Below, piece by piece: positions 17,921 through 26,518 of a stretch of DNA of 44,796 bases. The position numbers and the translations under genes were made by a program. Each line of letters starts with the position of its first letter. The first letter of the stretch is position 1. The DNA is taken from positions 1 through 44,796 of the forward strand of contig WGEZ01000074.1 in NCBI GenBank assembly GCA_015492515.1, given 5' to 3'. The stretch is from Nitrospirota bacterium (GTDB lineage: Bacteria > Nitrospirota > Thermodesulfovibrionia > Thermodesulfovibrionales > JdFR-85). The notes below the pieces were generated by a model. The model saw only the letters and a program-made list of their open reading frames with translations, ran no database searches and had not been told where the DNA came from.

Positions 17921-20449
17921 ATGCAGGAATTCATTGTAATAAAGGGTGCCAGAGAACACAACCTGAAGAACCTGAACCTCAAGATCCCGCGGGAGCGGAT
18001 AATCGTCGTCACCGGCCCCTCGGGCTCCGGCAAATCATCGCTCGCCATAGACACCATATATGCGGAAGGGCAGCGCCGCTACGTCCAGAGCCTCTCCTCC
18101 TATGCACGGCAGTTCATCGGAGAGCTGCAGAAGCCCGATGTGGACTACATCGAGGGGCTGTCCCCCTCTGTAGCGATCGAGCAGAAGACGGTCTCCAGGT
18201 CACCGAGGTCCACCCTGGGGACGATAACCGAGGTCTACGACTATATGAGGGTGCTCTACACCAGGGTGGGCAGGGCCTTCTGTTACCGCTGCGGCAGGCC
18301 GATCACCACACAGGAGACGGAGAATATACTGCAGTCCGTTCTCCAGATGCCCGCGGGCACCAGGCTCCAGATCCTCTCACCGGTGGTCCAGGAGCGGAAG
18401 GGCGAGTACAGGAAGGAGCTCCAGCAGATGAGGCGGGAGGGGTTCGTGCGCGCCAGGATCGACGGCAGGATGGTGGACCTCACCAAGGACATCACGCTGA
18501 AGAAACAGAAGCGGCATACCATAGAGATCGTGATCGACAGGTTGATAGCGAAACCCGGCATGGAGAGACAGCTGAGGGCCGCGATAGAGAACGCCCTCAT
18601 CCACTCCGACACGGTGGTGATCAACCTCGTGGACCAGGGCAGGGACATCCTCTTCAGCAAGACCCTCTCCTGCACGAGCTGCAGGATAAGCTACCCGGAG
18701 ATCACCCCCATGTTCTTCTCCTTCAACAGCAGGATCGGTGCCTGCCCCTCCTGTCAGGGACTGGGCTACATCAACCTCACGGAAGAGACGACCGAGTTCG
18801 ACGAGCTGGTGCCCTGCAGGCGGTGCGGGGGACTGAGGCTGAGGGCCGAGGCCCTGGGCATCAGGCTCCAGGGCCTCAACATCGGCGAGTTCTCGAGGCT
18901 CTCCGTACGGAGGTCCCTCGAGTTCATAGACTCCCTCACCTTCACCGAGAGGGAAGAGCTGATCTCCAGACGGATCATCAAGGAGGTGAGGGACAGGCTC
19001 CGGTTCCTCCAGAGGGTGGGGCTCGACTACCTCTCCCTGGACAGGCCTGCTGCAACGCTCTCCGGCGGTGAGGCGCAGAGGGTGAGGCTGGCGACCCAGC
19101 TCGGTTCCTCCCTCACGGGCGTGCTCTATGTGCTGGACGAGCCGAGCATCGGGCTCCATCCGAGAGACTGCAGGCGACTCCTCGAGACCCTCTCGGAGAT
19201 CAGGGACTCTGCAAACACGGTGATAGTGGTGGAACACGACGAGGAGACCATCAGGTGGGCCGATCACGTGATCGATCTCGGTCCAGGAGGCGGCACCTCC
19301 GGCGGATGGGTTGTGGCAGAGGGTAGACCCGAGGAGGTGGAGAAGGTCGAATCATCACCGACGGGACGGTTCCTCTCGGGAAGGAGGAGTATCCCCCTGC
19401 CGGCCTTCAGGCGGAGACCGAAGGGATGGATCGAGATAACCGGTGCATCGGAGCATAACCTGAAGGATCTGGACGTGATGATCCCCCTCGGCCTATTCGT
19501 CTGCATCACGGGGGTGTCGGGCTCCGGAAAGAGCACCCTTGTGCTGGACATACTCTACAGGGCGCTCCTCAGGGCGATCCACGGCAAGAGGGTGAGGCCT
19601 GGAAGGTTCAGGACGATAAAGGGTACGGAGCAGCTGTCACGGGTCATCTCCATAGAGCAGAGGCCCCTCGGACGGACGCCGAGGTCGAACCCGGCAACCT
19701 ACACGGGCATATTCACCCATGTGAGAAACCTCTTCTCCAGGGTCCCGGACGCCAGGGTGAGGGGGTACACGGCCTCAAGGTTCAGCTTCAACGTCCCCGG
19801 CGGCAGGTGTGAGAGCTGCAAGGGAGCGGGCTTCAAGAAGGTGGAGATGCATTTCCTCCCCGACGTCTACGTCCCCTGCGACGAGTGCAAGGGGATGAGA
19901 TACAACAGAGAGACCCTCGAGATCAGGTTCAAGGGGAAGAACATCTCGGAGGTCCTGGAGATGACCATAACAGAGGCCCGTCAGTTCTTCTCCCACATCC
20001 CCGCCCTGAAAGAGAGGCTACAGGTGCTCTCCGACGTGGGGCTCGGCTACATCAAGCTCGGACAGTCCGCAACCACCCTCTCCGGCGGTGAGGCGCAGAG
20101 GGTGAGGCTTGCCAGGGAGCTCGGCAAGAGGGCCAGAGGCTCAAGCCTTTACATCCTCGACGAGCCGACAACAGGCCTGCATTTCGTGGACATCGAGCGC
20201 CTCCTCGGGGTGATACAGGGGCTGGTTGAACGTGAAAACACCGTGGTGGTGATCGAGCACAACCTCGACATCGTGAAGTGCGCCGACTATGTGATAGACC
20301 TCGGACCCGAGGGCGGAGAGGAGGGCGGCTACATCGTGGCGGCTGGTACGCCTGAAGAGGTATCGCTCAACGAGGGGTCTTACACAGGCAGGTTCCTGAG
20401 GAACAAACTACAGGAGCACCGGGCGAGAGGGACCCGGGTGACGGCGTGA
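17921..20449 (+). CDS. uvrA: Excinuclease ABC subunit A (short form, about 842 aa)
   Basis: GAREHNLKN, two Walker A motifs (GPSGSGKSS, GVSGSGKST), two TLSGGEAQR signatures, C-terminal Zn finger GRCESCKG...CDECKG. Confidence 0.96.
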   Translation: MQEFIVIKGAREHNLKNLNLKIPRERIIVVTGPSGSGKSSLAIDTIYAEGQRRYVQSLSSYARQFIGELQKPDVDYIEGLSPSVAIEQKTVSRSPRSTLGTITEVYDYMRVLYTRVGRAFCYRCGRPITTQETENILQSVLQMPAGTRLQILSPVVQERKGEYRKELQQMRREGFVRARIDGRMVDLTKDITLKKQKRHTIEIVIDRLIAKPGMERQLRAAIENALIHSDTVVINLVDQGRDILFSKTLSCTSCRISYPEITPMFFSFNSRIGACPSCQGLGYINLTEETTEFDELVPCRRCGGLRLRAEALGIRLQGLNIGEFSRLSVRRSLEFIDSLTFTEREELISRRIIKEVRDRLRFLQRVGLDYLSLDRPAATLSGGEAQRVRLATQLGSSLTGVLYVLDEPSIGLHPRDCRRLLETLSEIRDSANTVIVVEHDEETIRWADHVIDLGPGGGTSGGWVVAEGRPEEVEKVESSPTGRFLSGRRSIPLPAFRRRPKGWIEITGASEHNLKDLDVMIPLGLFVCITGVSGSGKSTLVLDILYRALLRAIHGKRVRPGRFRTIKGTEQLSRVISIEQRPLGRTPRSNPATYTGIFTHVRNLFSRVPDARVRGYTASRFSFNVPGGRCESCKGAGFKKVEMHFLPDVYVPCDECKGMRYNRETLEIRFKGKNISEVLEMTITEARQFFSHIPALKERLQVLSDVGLGYIKLGQSATTLSGGEAQRVRLARELGKRARGSSLYILDEPTTGLHFVDIERLLGVIQGLVERENTVVVIEHNLDIVKCADYVIDLGPEGGEEGGYIVAAGTPEEVSLNEGSYTGRFLRNKLQEHRARGTRVTA

Positions 20450-20509
20450 GGCGATAGCACGATGCAGTCCAGATCCCGGAATCCCCGTCCCGACCCAGGC
20501 AGCCTCCCG

Positions 20510-21517
20510 ATGCGTCTGACGTCCGCCCTGCTGGGGCTCCTCGTCATCCTCGTCTCATCCTGTGAGCTGAGGAAGGAGAGGATGTTCAGGAGATCGGAGT
20601 TCCTGATGGACACCATCGTCACCATAACGGTGGTCTCCGGTTCAAAGGGGAAGGCCGATGAGGCCATTGGCAAGGCCTTCGGTGAGCTTGAGAGGCTCGA
20701 GGGTCTTCTGGACTTCTTCTCTCCGGCAAGCGAGATATCGGAGATCAACCGGGAGGCATCGGCTGCACCTGTGAGGGTCTCTCAAGAGACCTTCGATCTC
20801 CTGGAACGGGCCCTCGAGGTATCGGAGAAGACGGACGGGGCCTTCGACATCACCGTCGGCGCCGTCGTAAGCCTCTATGACTTCCAGGGGAAGAAGAGCC
20901 CGCCGGCCGGGCTCATCAGGGAGAGGCTCCCCCTCGTCGATTACCGAAACGTCATCCTCGACAGGGAGACCATGACGGTGAAGCTCGCCAGAGAGGGGAT
21001 GCTCATCGACCCCGGAGGCATAACGAAGGGCTATGCTGCGGACAGGGCGGTGGAGGTCCTGAGGTCCGAGGGGATCAGGGCGGCCCTGGTGGCGGTTGCA
21101 GGCGACATCAGGGGCTATGGGTCGAAACCCGACGGGAGCCCCTGGAGGATCGGCATCCGTGACCCGAGGGGCAAGGGCAGGGAGGACGTGATCGCCACCG
21201 TCGAGCTGAAGGACATGGCGATATCCACATCGGGTGATTACGAACGGTTCTTCATACAGGACGGAAAGAGGATCCATCACCTCATCGATCCGAGGACCGG
21301 CTATCCGGCCAGGGGTGTGATCAGCGCGACCGTCCTTGCTCCCCTCGCCGTGTATACCGACTCCCTCGCCACGGCCCTCTTCATATCAGGCGTTGAGAGA
21401 GGGCTTGAGATCGCCGAGACCCTCGGCTTCGATGCGTTGATCATCGATGACGAGGGCGGATATCATATGACCGAGTCCTTGAGAGGCAGGGTTGAGTTTA
21501 CCAAGGGAGCTGTTTGA
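20510..21517 (+). CDS. apbE: FAD:protein FMN transferase (ApbE family) lipoprotein
   Basis: Lipobox-like LVSSC; MDT, GAFDITVG, D.GGI.KGYA.D, STSGDYERFF, HHLIDPRTGYP, D.LATA. Confidence 0.92.
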   Translation: MRLTSALLGLLVILVSSCELRKERMFRRSEFLMDTIVTITVVSGSKGKADEAIGKAFGELERLEGLLDFFSPASEISEINREASAAPVRVSQETFDLLERALEVSEKTDGAFDITVGAVVSLYDFQGKKSPPAGLIRERLPLVDYRNVILDRETMTVKLAREGMLIDPGGITKGYAADRAVEVLRSEGIRAALVAVAGDIRGYGSKPDGSPWRIGIRDPRGKGREDVIATVELKDMAISTSGDYERFFIQDGKRIHHLIDPRTGYPARGVISATVLAPLAVYTDSLATALFISGVERGLEIAETLGFDALIIDDEGGYHMTESLRGRVEFTKGAV

Positions 21518-21878
21518 AGAGACGACCCTCTACGACCGGATCCTGTTCGTCGCCCTCCTGCTGCTGTCGGTCTCGTCCTTCTTCCTCGTGGGGGAGATCA
21601 TCCCCTCGGGCGGCACGGTGACCATAGAGGTCGACGGCAGGACCGCCTACAGGCTCTCCCTCCATGACGACAGGGTGGTGGAGGTGAGAGGACCTATCGG
21701 CGTAACAAGGGTGGAGATCAGCAACAGCAGGGTGAGGGTCACGGAGTCACCGGGGCCGAGGAAGCTCTGCATCCGCCAGGGATGGACCGAGAGGGGGGTC
21801 ATCATATGCCTTCCGAACAGGGTGGTGATCAGGGTGGGTGGAGAGGGTTGGGGAGGGCTCGATGCAATCTCAGGATAG
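21492..21878 (+). CDS. NusG domain II-like (DUF1312) membrane-anchored protein
   Basis: N-terminal TM, then V.GPIG.T.VEI....RV.ES.....LC...GW......IICLPNRV; sits between apbE and the Gx transporter gene. Confidence 0.8.
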   Translation: MSLPRELFEETTLYDRILFVALLLLSVSSFFLVGEIIPSGGTVTIEVDGRTAYRLSLHDDRVVEVRGPIGVTRVEISNSRVRVTESPGPRKLCIRQGWTERGVIICLPNRVVIRVGGEGWGGLDAISG

Positions 21879-22407
21879 GCTGAGGGTGGCCCTCCTCGCC
21901 GCCTACGCCATAGGGCTTCACGGCCTCGAGAGGTTGATACCGACCCCGATCCCCTGGCTCAGGTTCGGTTTTGCCAACATAATAACCCTCACGGTCCTCG
22001 TCCTCTACGGCTTCAGGGTCTCCATGACCATAACACTCATACGCGTGCTGATGGGGTCGCTCTTCTCAGGTACGTTCCTCGGTCCCGGCTTCGTGCTGAG
22101 CCTTGGCGGCGGCATAGCGAGCACCTCGATCATGGCCGCCGTGCATTCCGCATCCAGGGCCTTCAGCCCTGTGGGGCTGAGCCTCCTGGGCGCCCTCTTC
22201 CACAACATCGCCCAGCTCGGCCTCGCCTATCTCCTCTTCGTCAGGAGGATCGAGGCCATACTGCTCATAACACCCCTGATACTCCTTATTGGTATAATAA
22301 CTGGAGGGATCAACGGCACCGCCTGCAGCCTCCTGCTGAAGCGGTTGAGGGGTTCGGCGGTGCCGGGGATCGACGGAGGAGAGGCGGAAGGAGGCCGACG
22401 CCGATAG
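21862..22407 (+). CDS. Gx transporter family membrane protein ('heptaprenyl diphosphate synthase component I')
   Basis: E..IP.P.P..R.G.ANI.TL, R......SG......F.LSL.GG, S.VG.S..GA..HN..QL. Confidence 0.82.
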   Translation: MQSQDRLRVALLAAYAIGLHGLERLIPTPIPWLRFGFANIITLTVLVLYGFRVSMTITLIRVLMGSLFSGTFLGPGFVLSLGGGIASTSIMAAVHSASRAFSPVGLSLLGALFHNIAQLGLAYLLFVRRIEAILLITPLILLIGIITGGINGTACSLLLKRLRGSAVPGIDGGEAEGGRRR

Positions 22408-22413
22408 CGGTGG

Positions 22414-22647
22414 ATGGACATGCCCTCACCGGAGATGAAGAGGGAGAAGGGGAAGAGGCTCAGGTGCCCGGTCTGCAAGGCCCCGGTCATCTACGAGGGG
22501 AACCCCTGGAGGCCCTTCTGCTCGGAGAGGTGCAAGCTCCGGGACCTCGGTGCCTGGGCCGAGGAAGAGTACAGGATACCGGGAGGGCCTGTCGCCGGCG
22601 AGGAGGAAGGGGGTGAGGGTGATGGATGTATTCAGGAGGATAGCTGA
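22414..22647 (+). CDS. yacG: DNA gyrase inhibitor YacG
   Basis: CPVC...[25 protein letters not shown]. Confidence 0.9.
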   Translation: MDMPSPEMKREKGKRLRCPVCKAPVIYEGNPWRPFCSERCKLRDLGAWAEEEYRIPGGPVAGEEEGGEGDGCIQEDS

Positions 22648-22987
22648 GGAGAGGATCAGGGAGGCCATGGAGCGGGGAGAGTTCGATCACCTCCCCAACA
22701 GGGGCAGGCCCCTCAATATGGACGACGACCACGGGGTGCCTGAAGACCTGAGGATCGCCTACAGGGTGCTGAAGAACGCGGGATGCCTCCCACCAGAGCT
22801 GGAGCTCAGGAGAGAGATCCTATCCCTCAGGGAACTGATCGACTCCATAGACGACGATAAGGAGCGGCTCAGGAGGATCAGGCAGCTCAACTTCAACCTC
22901 CTGAAGCTGAATACGATGAGGAAGAGGCCCTTCTACCTGGAGGACCTCCCCGAGTACGAGGGGAAGCTCCTTGACCGCCTTCTCTAA
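22622..22987 (+). CDS. DUF1992 (DnaJ-related) domain protein
   Basis: [21 protein letters not shown] and [18 protein letters not shown]. Confidence 0.85.
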   Translation: MDVFRRIAEERIREAMERGEFDHLPNRGRPLNMDDDHGVPEDLRIAYRVLKNAGCLPPELELRREILSLRELIDSIDDDKERLRRIRQLNFNLLKLNTMRKRPFYLEDLPEYEGKLLDRLL

Positions 22988-23910
22988 CCCCCGGCGTTCA
23001 CCTGCTTGTACAGCACCATATACTCCTTCTCGAGGCTCTCCAGCTCCCTCCTCAGCCCCTGGAGCTCCCGGTCCTTCTCCCGGAGCGCCTCCTCGAGCTC
23101 CCTCACCCTCTCCTGGAGCCCGGCGGCGTCGGGAGGCACCGTGCCGACACCGACAAGGAGGTCCCGCTCCATCTCGCCCATCCCCTCCTCGTACTCACCC
23201 AGCCTGGCCAGGAGCCGTGCGTTCTCCTTCTCGAGGGTCTCTACACAGAGGGCCATCTCCCTGTTGACGTTCTCCATCTCCTCGAGACACCTCTGCAGCT
23301 CCTCCACGTCTCCGGGGTCCTTCAGCCCCTTCAACCGGTCCCTCAGCTCCCTGTTCCTCTCCCTCAGTCGATCGAACCTCTTCCGGACCTGCTCGAGCAT
23401 CTCCTGGGCGCCGAGCAGCTCTGCCATCTTCCTCCTCTGCCTCTTGAATGCCTCCTGGAACCTCCTGAGGGCCTTCCCCTTCTCCTCCGCCTCTTCCACG
23501 GCCTCCGAGACCACCCTCTCCTTCATCCCGATCACGTCCTTGACCCAGACGAGCCCCTTCCCTGCCGATTCCCTGAACCCGGCCCTGATCGATCGTGTGA
23601 GGGCCTCCGCCCCTTCACCGCCCTTCCTGAGCGCATCATAGAGGGCGGTCATGAACCCGTAGTCCAGCTCGTATATACGCCTCTGGAGCAGGGCCTCGAG
23701 GTCGTCCGGGTCCTCTGCCGAGCGGCCCTCCACCTCGCCCTTAAGGGCCAGGAGCTCGGTCTCCATCGCCCTGATCAGGTCCTCCATCTCCACGGCCCGA
23801 GGACCTCCAGCGGCCCTTCGTCCCCTGTACACCATGTAGGCCACGGCGACGGCCAGCAGGACGACCGCCTCAAGGAGAAGCAGTATATACAGGGGGTCAA
23901 CCTCTATCAA
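22984..23910 (-). CDS. Single-TM, long coiled-coil protein
   Basis: TTG start after ggagg, overlapping the upstream stop; TM LYILLLLEAVVLLAVAVAYMVY followed by RGRR, then E/R/L-rich heptads to the C-terminus (ELESLEKEYMVLY). Confidence 0.75.
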   Translation of the reverse strand: MIEVDPLYILLLLEAVVLLAVAVAYMVYRGRRAAGGPRAVEMEDLIRAMETELLALKGEVEGRSAEDPDDLEALLQRRIYELDYGFMTALYDALRKGGEGAEALTRSIRAGFRESAGKGLVWVKDVIGMKERVVSEAVEEAEEKGKALRRFQEAFKRQRRKMAELLGAQEMLEQVRKRFDRLRERNRELRDRLKGLKDPGDVEELQRCLEEMENVNREMALCVETLEKENARLLARLGEYEEGMGEMERDLLVGVGTVPPDAAGLQERVRELEEALREKDRELQGLRRELESLEKEYMVLYKQVNAGG

Positions 23911-25312
23911 CCTTCCACCTCCGGTAGAGGAGGACCATCGAGACGAGGAGGGCGAAGCCGGCATTGACGGCGGCAAACCTGAGGATCACCCTCCTCCAGG
24001 AGACCCCCTCCTGCCCGTCGGCCGCGGAGACGACGACCTCCTCCCCTACACCGGCAGGCCCTCCGCGCACCGGGGCGTCGACGACCGCAAAGGTATAGCT
24101 CTTCTCCCTCTCGAAGGTCTTCCCCTTTGCCGTGAACCTGACGATGTACTCACCGGGCGGCCCTCCCCCCAGCAGGCCGGTGTAGACACCGTCACCGGCG
24201 ATCCTGTCGGCACCGAAGCCGTCGTCTCTGAGCTCCACGGCCATGCCCTCACCGGCAGGGCCGTCCACCTCTGCAGAGAAGACCACACCCTCCAGCAGGA
24301 GGGAGGTCTCCGCCAGGGCCTCTCCCTGCTGCTGGAGCCAGACCTCGACCCTCTCTTCCCTTCCCTCAGGGATCAGGTAGCGGTCGAAGGTGGTCATCAG
24401 GTTCAGACCGGTGATGATGAACGCCCTGCTGCCCCTCCCGGCGCTGTATCTTATGAACCACGTCCCCCTCGGGGGTCTCTTGATGGTGACCACCTCATGC
24501 GTCCTCGCCCGGTACCATCTTACACCCCCGGGGTGCCTGCTGTACGTGTAGGTCACGCCCTCCGGGCTCTCCAGCGATACCTCCGTCAGGGAGGTCCCCT
24601 TCGTCATCACGAGGGTGAGCTCCTCCACTGCACCGTCCACATAGAACCTCTCATCCCTCACGGGGAGCGAATCCGGGGCCATCACCTTCGAGTATATGTC
24701 GGTGAAGGGGATATGGAGGTCGTCGTCACTGTCAATGAAGTAGAAGAACCCACCCGTCTTCAAGGCGATCTCCTTCAGGAGCTCCGAGTCCGCCCCCCTG
24801 CCGAAGGCTATCGTGTATATCCTTATCCCTGCCTCGGTGAGCTCTGGAAGGACCTCGTTGAACATCCTCCTGAGGAGGGTCTTCTCGGTCCCGGGGTCAC
24901 CGAGGTCCATCCTGCCGTCGGTCATCAGGACGATTATCCTGCTCTCCTTCCTCGAACCCCTCAGGATCCTGTAGGAGGCGACTATAGCTCCGTAGATGTC
25001 GGTATGGGCACCGGTGGAGCTGATCCCCTTCAAGCTCCTCAGCAGGCGGTTCCTCTCCTTGCTGACGTCGCTCAGGCCTGCAAGCACCCTCACCTCTGAA
25101 TCAAAGGCGACGATGGCCACGCTGTTTCCACCTTCAAGGAGGGAGATGAAGATCCTCGGCGCCTGGACCTTCAGATTGCGGGGATCGGTCCTCTTCATGC
25201 TCCCCGATGTATCCACGGCGATCACGGCGTCCAGCCCGGCCTGAGCGCCTGAGCCCCTGCCTGCCGGCACAGCGATGAGCAGGACCAGACAGAGGAGACT
25301 AACCCTCCACAT
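23897..25312 (-). CDS. Secreted vWA-domain protein with C-terminal membrane anchor (TIGR03503-like)
   Basis: Signal peptide; MIDAS motif DTSGS...T...TDG; beta-rich middle region; LRDDG..AD..AGDGVYTG motif; C-terminal TM plus RRWK. Confidence 0.82.
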   Translation of the reverse strand: MWRVSLLCLVLLIAVPAGRGSGAQAGLDAVIAVDTSGSMKRTDPRNLKVQAPRIFISLLEGGNSVAIVAFDSEVRVLAGLSDVSKERNRLLRSLKGISSTGAHTDIYGAIVASYRILRGSRKESRIIVLMTDGRMDLGDPGTEKTLLRRMFNEVLPELTEAGIRIYTIAFGRGADSELLKEIALKTGGFFYFIDSDDDLHIPFTDIYSKVMAPDSLPVRDERFYVDGAVEELTLVMTKGTSLTEVSLESPEGVTYTYSRHPGGVRWYRARTHEVVTIKRPPRGTWFIRYSAGRGSRAFIITGLNLMTTFDRYLIPEGREERVEVWLQQQGEALAETSLLLEGVVFSAEVDGPAGEGMAVELRDDGFGADRIAGDGVYTGLLGGGPPGEYIVRFTAKGKTFEREKSYTFAVVDAPVRGGPAGVGEEVVVSAADGQEGVSWRRVILRFAAVNAGFALLVSMVLLYRRWKVDRG

Positions 25313-25667
25313 CTTCCTTGAACCCCCTCAATGCCTCCTCGAGCGCCTCCGCGCCGATCAGCCCCCGTCGGACGATGATCTCGCCTATCCTGACCCTGCA
25401 GGCTCTGACGAGCCTCTCCAGCTCCTCCAGCCTCCCCTCCTCCAGGAGACCCGTCTCCCTGAAGGCCTCGAAGGAGCCCAGTCCCTTCTGCCTCTGGACC
25501 TCCCTCAACCGCCTGAATCCCTCCACAGAGATGAGGCCGTGCTCGAGTGCTATCACCGACGGAGTCGGGTTGAGTTCCCGCTGGACGGAGATCACCGTCT
25601 CAAGGTCGTCCTCCCTCAGCAGCCCCTTCTTTACAAGGTACCTCCCGAACAGCAGGGGTATATCCAT
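25299..25667 (-). CDS. Small protein made of MshEN-like repeats
   Basis: aaggagg RBS and ATG at 25667; 122 aa; LFGRYLVKKGLL..DDL..VI.VQ and RIGEIIVRRGLI..EALEEAL plus two degenerate internal copies. Confidence 0.72.
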   Translation of the reverse strand: MDIPLLFGRYLVKKGLLREDDLETVISVQRELNPTPSVIALEHGLISVEGFRRLREVQRQKGLGSFEAFRETGLLEEGRLEELERLVRACRVRIGEIIVRRGLIGAEALEEALRGFKEDVEG

Positions 25668-25886
25668 CAGGCCCTCCTTTCCGAAGGCAAATACAGCCCT
25701 ATCTATATATCGGCTATCACCGCGGGAAACATGAGCCGCCCCGGGCGTTGTTTCAACCTGTTCTGAACCCTCCGGCAGAAGGCGGCCAGGAGCGGTGTTG
25801 CGGAGATTCTGGCCGGGATCAACGGGTTGAACGTCGGAGGGTGTGTGGGGTTGCACGATGGTGAAGATCGATTCGAGGGGTATCCT

Positions 25887-25976
25887 TGGCGGAGAGGGAG
25901 GGATTCGAACCCCCGTCCCGATTACTCGGGAAGCGGTTTTCGAGACCGCCGCCTTAAACCACTCGGCCACCTCTCC
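25887..25976 (-). tRNA. tRNA-Ser(CGA)
   Basis: Reverse complement ggagaggtggccgagtggtttaaggcggcggtctCGAaaaccgcttcccgagtaatcgggacgggggttcgaatccctccctctccgcca: 90 nt, long variable arm, encoded CCA. Confidence 0.96.
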
Positions 25977-26035
25977 GAAAGGTCTTACAAACCCGGATCG
26001 TCTCCGTCAGCAGACCTGCTCCGGCCACACTGTAC

Positions 26036-26515
26036 CTAGCCGGAGACAGGGGGTATGGCCCGTTTTCTCCTGAAGAACTCCCTCAGGAGCTCGGCCGACT
26101 CCTCGGCCAGGACGCCCGTGACCACCTCCACCCGGTGGTTGAGCCTCTCGTCGGAGAGCACACGGTAGAGGCTCTCCACGGCTCCCCCCTTCTCATCCCT
26201 GCAGCCGTAGACGGCCCTCTCCACCCTTGCGTTCAGTATCGCGCCTGCGCACATGATGCAGGGCTCCTTCGTCACATAGATGGTGGCCCCCTCGAGCCTC
26301 CAGCTGCCGAGCCTCGCAGCCGCCTCCCTGATGGCGAGGATCTCGGCATGGGCGGTGGGGTCCTGCAGGGCCTCTCTCAGGTTGTGCGCCCTCGCCAGGA
26401 CCGTATCGTCCTTGACGACCAGGGCGCCCACGGGCACCTCGTCCATCCCGGAGGCCTTCCTCGCCTCCTCGAGGGCCATCCTCATGTAGCTCTCTCTCCA
26501 TCCTGACCCAGCCAT
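26036..26515 (-). CDS. tadA: tRNA adenosine(34) deaminase
   Basis: EVPVGA, HN.RE..QDPTAHAE, EPCIMCAGA, LNH, FFRRKR. Confidence 0.94.
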   Translation of the reverse strand: MAGSGWRESYMRMALEEARKASGMDEVPVGALVVKDDTVLARAHNLREALQDPTAHAEILAIREAAARLGSWRLEGATIYVTKEPCIMCAGAILNARVERAVYGCRDEKGGAVESLYRVLSDERLNHRVEVVTGVLAEESAELLREFFRRKRAIPPVSG

Positions 26516-26518
26516 GAT

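Noticed and set aside
19058-20110. Near-identical ~30-nt direct repeat (ctctccggcggtgaggcgcagagggtgaggct) twice in uvrA
   Set aside because: It encodes the two conserved ABC signature motifs LSGGEAQRVRL; not a mobile or regulatory repeat.
25668-25970. N-terminal 101 aa of ORF 25299..25970
   Set aside because: It runs through the tRNA-Ser gene; the real start is ATG 25667 with a strong RBS. I also looked for a c-di-GMP riboswitch in this leader and could not support one.
22984-25976. Genomic island integrated at the tRNA-Ser 3' end
   Set aside because: No integrase, no duplicated tRNA 3' end (att site) seen, and composition looks like the flanks.
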